64,000 nucleotides of DNA from Octopus vulgaris (Eukaryota). This document shows, one piece after another, positions 56,248 through 64,000 of this stretch (its first letter is position 1; every line of letters begins with the position of its first letter). Under the pieces are notes generated by a model. The model was not told the origin of the DNA. It ran no database searches and was given only the letters and a program-made list of their open reading frames with translations. The stretch is taken from contig OX597830.1 of assembly GCA_951406725.2 (NCBI GenBank), positions 66,402,001 through 66,466,000 on the forward strand, written 5' to 3'. A program made the position numbers and the translations under genes.

Positions 56248-56666
56248 AGGCGTAGGAGTGGCCATGTGGTAAGTAGCTTGCTTACGAACCACATGGTTCT
56301 GGGTTCAGTCCCACTGCGTGGCATCTTGGGTAAGTGTCTTCTACTATAGCCTCCGGCCAACCAAAGCCTTGTGAGTGGATTTGGTAAAGGGAAACTGAAA
56401 GAAGCCCGTCGTATATATGTATATATATATGTGTGTATGTGTGTGTGTTTGTATGTCTGTGTTTGTCCCCCCAACATCGCTTGACAACCGATGCTGGTGT
56501 GTTTAGTCCCCATAACTTAGCGGTTCGGCAAAAGAGACCAATAGAATAAGTACTGGGCTTACAAAGAGTAAGTCCCGGGGTCGATTTAGTCAACTAAAGG
56601 CGGTGCTCCAGCATGGCCACAGTCGCATGACTGAAACAAGTAAAAGAGTAGAAGAGTAGAAGAGTA
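56248..56666 (+). mobile_element. SINE family A
   Basis: Matches the family consensus. Confidence 0.85.
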
Positions 56667-57363
56667 TACCTTAAGGTCTATAAGCTTTAACCATATTACC
56701 AAAAGGCTTCAATGGAAGATGCTTGCCCAAGGTGCCACAAGGTGGGATTGAACTTGGAACCATGTGATCAGAAAGCAAACTTCTTACCACACACACACAC
56801 ACATGCACTTTGGCAGAAATCTCCATCTACTGAAGGTTGCTGCTTAGAAAAATAAACTAAACAATGATTGAACACAAATTGTAGACTTTTGTATCTATGC
56901 CTTGATTTTTATCTGTTTTTTAAATATCTTTTGTTTTTTTTTTGTTTTGGCTTATGTCGAACGGTTAATGGTTCCTCTCTTCGTTACTATTTCTATTCTT
57001 ATCCCGAGTTTTTTTTAAGTGTATTTAAATTAAAAAGCACCATTACAGAGATTATAATTTCTGTTTTCCATCTTCATTACCGTTGATGGATTCGATATAG
57101 TTTCGGTGTTTCCCCATTTATTTTATTGAAATTGTCTTCGCTTTAAATATATATATATATATATTTTCCCCATGTTGATTTTTGTAAAAAAAAAAAAAAA
57201 ACAATAAAAAAAAGGGAAAAAGAAAGAAAGGAGGAACATTTCGTTTTGGTTATAGCACATTCATTGGAGAAATATAGCCATTTTAATAGAATTCAAGATA
57301 AATCTATTGTTCTTCTCTTTCCAACCCCTCTCTCTCTCTCTGTATATATATATATATATATAA

Positions 57364-57609
57364 AATAATAAATATTAGGGAATAAATCCAAATTTACAGG
57401 GAAAAAAATCAGATTTAGGATTAAATCCAATTTTATAGTAAAATATTATAAAATATTATTAGAGACAAAACCACTATTTTGCAAAACAAACAAGGAAAGA
57501 CTTAATCAATACATAAAATTTTAATAAATAGTCAAAATTTATTAAAATTTTATGTATTGATTAAGTCTTTCCTTGTTTGTTTTGCAAAATAGTGGTTTTG
57601 TCTCTAATA

Positions 57610-57619
<10 letters not shown>
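57364..57619. mobile_element. AT-rich Penelope-like family copy with fold-back (83-bp arms 57447-57529 / 57537-57619)
   Basis: Shares its head with 46526. The arms are separated by a 7-nt spacer. Confidence 0.8.
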
Positions 57620-57668
<49 letters not shown>

Positions 57669-57890
57669 ACACATATATATATACATACATATGTATGTAT
57701 GTATCTTTATCTCTCTGATATATGTATAAATAAGTGTGTGTGTGTGTGTGGTGTGTTTGTGCATGTATACACATCTTGCATGTATACACATCTGTGCATC
57801 TACACACACATACACAAACATGCACACATAAATACAAACAAAATGCACACAGGCACATTTACGCATGCATAAATGCATCTCTCTCTCCCT

Positions 57891-57943
<53 letters not shown>

Positions 57944-58580
57944 TCATACAATACACACACACACACACACACACATGCATAGAATATATTTGAATGTATA
58001 CACCTATAAACCTGTGTGTGTATACACATACATACATACATACATACATACATACATACATACATACATACATACATACATACATACATACATACACACA
58101 AATACATACATACATACATACATACATACATGCATGCATACATACATACATACATACAAACATACATACATACATACATACATACATACATACATGCATG
58201 CATGCATACATACAAACATACATACATACATACATACATACATACATACATACATACATACATACAAACATACATACATACATACATACATACATACATG
58301 CATGCATGCATACATATATAGTCAGTTCAAATAAACGATGTGTATGTATATATACAATACACATCATTATTATTATCGTTATTATCCCATTGAGTCAAAG
58401 AATTGAACATGGGAAACTAACAGATTTCCCAGTTCATCGCTCCTTAACATATGCAGACGACAAAAACCTTCTGATCTTCGACTATAAGTGGGCTCTAGTG
58501 TTTCTTATGATAATATATAAATACATGCATACATACATACATATATATATATATGCGCATACACACACACACACACACAC

Positions 58581-58696
<116 letters not shown>

Positions 58697-58716
58697 CATA
58701 GATATATATACATATA

Positions 58717-58755
<39 letters not shown>

Positions 58756-59355
58756 GTAGATGCGTCTGAGCACATACGTATGTTTGTTAAGGCCGCTCTG
58801 CTCTTTTCTGTGTTTACCTCTACATATTAAGAATCAAAGATGTTCAGAAAGAAACCTTACATCACAATGTAATTATTCCAAAAACTCGTTCTCCATACAG
58901 AATTAATATGTCTACAGTGCCTAGCGGGATGTACACCGATTTTATTGCTTGTTAAAGAAATCTGTTGTTACTGTATTAATAATATTTATTTGGTCAGTAA
59001 GTAAGTATTTTTTTGGTTTCTTATTTTGTCTCAGCACACCGAGTATAGTTCAGTTTTTGTATATTTATATTATATTGTGTGAATAAGGCAGTAGTCTTCT
59101 AGCTTTTCCATAAACTTCGTGAACTCTTTCGAGAATTCTTGCACTATGTTATTATGATTGTTATTGTTTTGTTGTTTTGTTAATTATCTTTGTAATTACA
59201 TACTTGTATTTCACATGTTCTTTCTATCTCTTTCTATACGCCTTCATCAAACACACACACACACACATGCATACACATGAAAGATGTATACACACATATA
59301 TGTGTGTGTATATCTGTATATATGCACCTGTGTGTGTGTATGTATATATATATAC

Positions 59356-59415
<60 letters not shown>

Positions 59416-59558
59416 TATATATAATATATATATAATATAGATATATATACACACATGTAATATTATGTGCATGTATATATATGTGTATACATATATGTGT
59501 GTATATATGTATATATATATATATATATGTATATATCTATGTGTGTGTATATATATAC

Positions 59559-59597
<39 letters not shown>

Positions 59598-59782
59598 ATG
59601 TATATGTATGTATATCTACATACATGATGTGCTACAAATACACATTTTTATATCTGTTTACCATTTCTTTTTCCCCTTTTTACCGTGTTAGCAATGCAAA
59701 ACGATAAGATGTATTTAGACAGTTTGTCAGCATGTATAGAGGTTGAAAGAATAAGATTAGGAAGTGCATCTGTGTTTGTGTT

Positions 59783-59856
<74 letters not shown>

Positions 59857-59987
59857 TCGAGAGAAGCGAATCTGCAAGAAAGGGAAGAAGACGTATGGCA
59901 GATGTTGAAAGAAGAAGCTCTTTGAAAATGTAATTGTGAAGTGATTGCAATGATGGCAGAAGTTTAACAGCGGATTATTTGTCATAA

Positions 59988-60110
<123 letters not shown>

Positions 60111-60660
60111 TAATACTAAAATAAAATAAATGTACTCAGACACTTGCATCTTGCATATGTATATACATTCATGCATGTATACATACAAACATGCATACTT
60201 ACATGCACTCGTTTATCCTCCCACATGGTTATGCACATCTCACTACATGAGCATTTACTATGCGTGTTTTCACCCATACCTAGATAGACTTGCCATTTAT
60301 CCTACATGTGTGTGTGTGTATAGTAGGGAGATGTTTATCGTTCTCTCATGTACACACATGCTTGAACATACACCTATGTGGTGCATACGCATATATGCAT
60401 GCATACTTGTGCATGCATGTATACATGTGCATGCATGCATACATGTGCATGCATGCTCATCTTGTCTTCATTCAGAGTTATACACCCACTCAATTCAAAC
60501 ATGCAGATGTTTATTCACATAGACGCACGCACACACACACACACACACACACACGCACGGACATTCATGCATCCTCCCACATGCCTGTGCATACACAGCT
60601 GCACATGTGAGGTGCGTATGCATTAATGCATACTCTTTTTGTTTGAGTTATATATATATA

Positions 60661-60806
60661 CAGGTGCAGGAGTGGCTGTGTGGTAAGTAGCTTGCTAACC
60701 AACCACATGGTTCCAGGTTCAGTCCCACTGCGTGGCACCTTGGGCAAATAGGCCGACCAATGCCTTGTGAGTGAATTTGGTAGACGGAATCTGAAAGAAG
60801 CCTGTC

Positions 60807-60851
<45 letters not shown>

Positions 60852-61080
60852 AGTGTGTGTGTGTGTTTGTGTGTCTGTGTTTGTCTCCCTAGCATTGCTT
60901 GACAACCGATGCTGGTGTGTTTATGTCCCCGTCACTTAGCGGTTCGGCAAAAGAGACCGATAGAATAAGTACTGGGCTTACAAAGAATAAGTCCCGGGGT
61001 CGATTTGCTTGACTAAAGGCGGTGCTCCAGCATAGCGGCAGTCAAATGAAAGAGTAAAAGAGTAAAAGAGTAAAAGAGTA
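60661..61080 (+). mobile_element. SINE family A
   Basis: Matches the consensus with a small internal deletion. Confidence 0.85.
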
Positions 61081-61638
61081 TATAAACTACCACCATGCTT
61101 GTGTGTGTGTGTGTGTGTGTCTGTGTGTGTGTGTCTGTGTGTAGTGTGTGTGTGTGTGTGCATGTGTGGGCATCTGTGCTAGTAAGTCGTGCATGTCTGA
61201 ACCCATGCTCACATGTGCATTGACAATCATGCTGACACCTACTCATGTTTTCATGCATACATGCACATACGTTTGCACTTACACATGTACGCCTCTGATC
61301 CTTCACTCAGCAGAGATACGCCCACACATCGAAGCATTTAGATGGTCATTCACTAAAACATACACACTTATGCATGCATTTATTCACGTATATACAAACA
61401 CGCTTAAAGACACATACAATTATAAACACACACGCACACACACACAAACAGGCACGTGTGTGTACGCACGCACTCATACATAGACTCAAACACAAACATT
61501 TGTGTGAAATTATTGATATACAAGCATGAACACATCTGTTCAGACATGCTCTCATGCATGAAAAATTCATAACTATCTACGCATGCATATATAATACGTG
61601 TGTCTATGTATGCATGTGCATGTGTGTGTATGCATATA

Positions 61639-61706
<68 letters not shown>

Positions 61707-61846
61707 ACTAATATGAGGGAATATTATTCCAAACTTACAGGGAAAAATTCAATTTAGAAATACTAAATCAAATTTCACAAAATATAATATATATATATTT
61801 ATATATATACACATATTAATCAAAGTGTATAGTATTAGTATATATA

Positions 61847-61954
61847 TCCACCACAGCTGATCTTACCAATTGGTTTCACACTAGGAGTTCAACAGAATGT
61901 TAGGTAACAGTCCGATTATGTAACCCTGTGCTCATCAGAGGTAACCATTATGGA
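61847..61954 (-). ncRNA. Type I hammerhead ribozyme (intact core), next to a Penelope-like head at ~61705-61790
   Basis: Minus strand: CTGATGA (61938-61932), stem II gcac-agggtt / aactcct-a-gtgt, GAAA (61877-61874), stem III ACCAATTGGT, GUA cleavage triplet. Stem I is imperfect. Confidence 0.75.
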
Positions 61955-62346
61955 ATGAAATATGGCCACACAAACACACACTTATGAATATCTGGAAATA
62001 AAAATTCAACATGACTGGATTTTGACTCCATATGGTGGATGTATCTTCAATTTCTAGTTATGTTGGAATCACAGATATATTTTTATACACACAACTTTTC
62101 TAACATATATTTATCTATTTATACATGCATATATATCCATATAAAGAATTGATGTATACACAACAAAGAATAAATCCACAGCAATTAAGAACTCAGTTTA
62201 TGACAGATCATTCCACTTGTTTCGTGTTCTATCTGTTTTACATTGAAACTAGCCAGATCCAGTCTTTCATGCCTACTCTACAATGTCACTTCAAAGATAA
62301 ACACTCACATCATTGAAATCTTGAAGCTATGAGATAATGTATGATT

Positions 62347-62746
62347 AGGCGAAGGAGTGGCTGTGTGGTAAGTAGCTTGCTAACCAACCACATGGTTCCG
62401 GGTTCAGTCCCACTGCGTGGCATCTTGGGCAAGTGTCTTCTGCTATAGCCCCCGGGCCGACCAATGCCTTGTGAGTGGATTTGGTAGACGGAAACTGAAA
62501 GAAGCCTGTCGTATATATGTATATGTATGTGTGTGTTTGTGTGTCTGTGTTTGTCCCCCTAGCATTGCTTGACAACCGATGCTGGTGTGTTTACGTCCCC
62601 GTTACTTAGCAGTTTGGCAAAAGAGACCGATAGAATAAGTACTGGGCTTACAAAAAGAAAAAGTACCGGGGTTGAGTTGCTCGATTAAAGGCGGTGCTCC
62701 AGCATGGCCGCAGTCAAATGACTGAAACAAGTAAAAGATAAAAGAT
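62347..62746 (+). mobile_element. SINE family A
   Basis: Matches the family consensus. Confidence 0.85.
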
Positions 62747-63539
62747 TATAGTTGTTTGGAGCCCTGAATAGGGGTCCCAAGGGCATGTAGATGCTTAGCC
62801 GCAATGGACCATCAGGGAACACTTACCCAAACCCCACCCTCCCAGTAAGTGAAAGATTTCCAGTGAGACAGAGAGAAAGAGACCTCCAGTAAGAGTGAGA
62901 GAGAGAGATTTCCGTGAGAGAGAGGGGGGTGGGTGAGAAAGAGATTTCAAGTATTGGTGGCAGGGGTGGGAAAGGGTGGGTGCAATCACCGATATGAAGG
63001 GTCATTTTAAGGGTTATAGCAAATCATTTTAGAGAAAAGTATGGGATAAGTATATACAAGTATATAGCCAAGACCAAGGTTAGTCATTTTAGGGGCAGAA
63101 CAAACAAGAAAGAATTATTTTAGAGAAAAGATGGGTTTGAATGAATGAGACAATTAAAAAAAAAAAACAAGGGAGATTCTTTGCTTAGCTGTACATATTT
63201 TCGAGTGTCATCGCCGAACACACGGACTAAACTAAACTAAACTAACGAAAGTCTGAGAGCATGAGGAACAGGTGTAGGGGCGACAGCCAGAAATGGACAA
63301 AGAGAAATAGCAGTGAGTGACCATCGCAATAAGAAATAAGAGATACAGACAGGAATGAAAGTGAACAGTATGAAATATGTATATATATATATCACCGACA
63401 TGAAAGGTCATTTTTGGGGTTATAGCAAATTATATATATATGTATATATATATATATATAAGTAGGTGAATGAATTATCACTGTGGTCACCATGTAGGCA
63501 ATCATCAAAACTTTTGTTCGTCTTGTGGCTGAAAGAGGC

Positions 63540-63636
63540 TCCTTATCTTTCCTGATGAGAAGATGGCATAATGCACCATTTATTCCTTCGGAATTAAAAG
63601 TATGCCGTCTTCGAAACATGTGTTGAGAGTAAAGGA
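63540..63636 (+). ncRNA. Type I hammerhead ribozyme (intact core)
   Basis: Stem I tccttatctttc / gagagtaaagga (5+5 bp around a 2x2 loop), CTGATGA 63552-63558, 12-bp stem II GAAGATGGCATA / TATGCCGTCTTC, GAAA 63613-63616, minimal stem III with palindromic ACATGT, GUU triplet 63622-63624. Confidence 0.85.
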
Positions 63637-64000
63637 ATGTTGTTAAAATCTTCGTTCGACTCCATTCTTTCATTTATTCATATATATATATATATATATA
63701 TATAATAACAAAATAATAAATAAAACATATGCATATATACATAAATATATGTACGTACCTCCATCTATATGTATATATACATGCATATATGGGTACAGGA
63801 CACCAAAAAAGCGTAGAACACAATGAGAAACGAAAACATAAAAACAAAACCATGGTAACGGACATTTTTTTACACACATATATACTTTTGTATTGTCACT
63901 GTTTCCCTTTTAGAGCATGCTTTTTCTGACTCATTGATGACTAACTGATAATGTGTGTGTGTGTGTGTGTGTGTGCAGTGAAGGGAAGGAAGCAATAACT

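Noticed and set aside
58440-58490. LTYADDKNLLIF as an RT YADD motif
   Set aside because: It is an isolated four-residue match with no flanking RT motifs.

Overview
Repeat-dominated eukaryotic intronic or intergenic DNA. The SINE families and the extreme (TA)n/(TACA)n/(CA)n/(ATT)n/(CAT)n microsatellite load point to an octopus (coleoid cephalopod); this is inferred from recognition, not from a search. No host protein-coding exon can be firmly supported, and almost all ORFs in the supplied track are microsatellite or SINE translations. The window holds about 20 copies of one tRNA-derived CORE-type SINE, several Nin-like and Meta-like SINEs, and fossils of mariner, pogo/Tigger and piggyBac transposases. 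It also has hAT and Tc1 MITEs, a non-autonomous Helitron, an R4/Dong-like REL LINE sitting in (TAA)n, and an RTE-like LINE 3' end encoding three C2H2 fingers. The most notable signal is a set of four type I hammerhead ribozyme motifs, each with a palindromic stem III. Two have intact cores (63540-63636 +, 61847-61954 -) and two are degenerate (28435-28537 -, 1606-1654 -). Several lie in or beside Penelope-like repeat families whose other copies form long fold-back palindromes.
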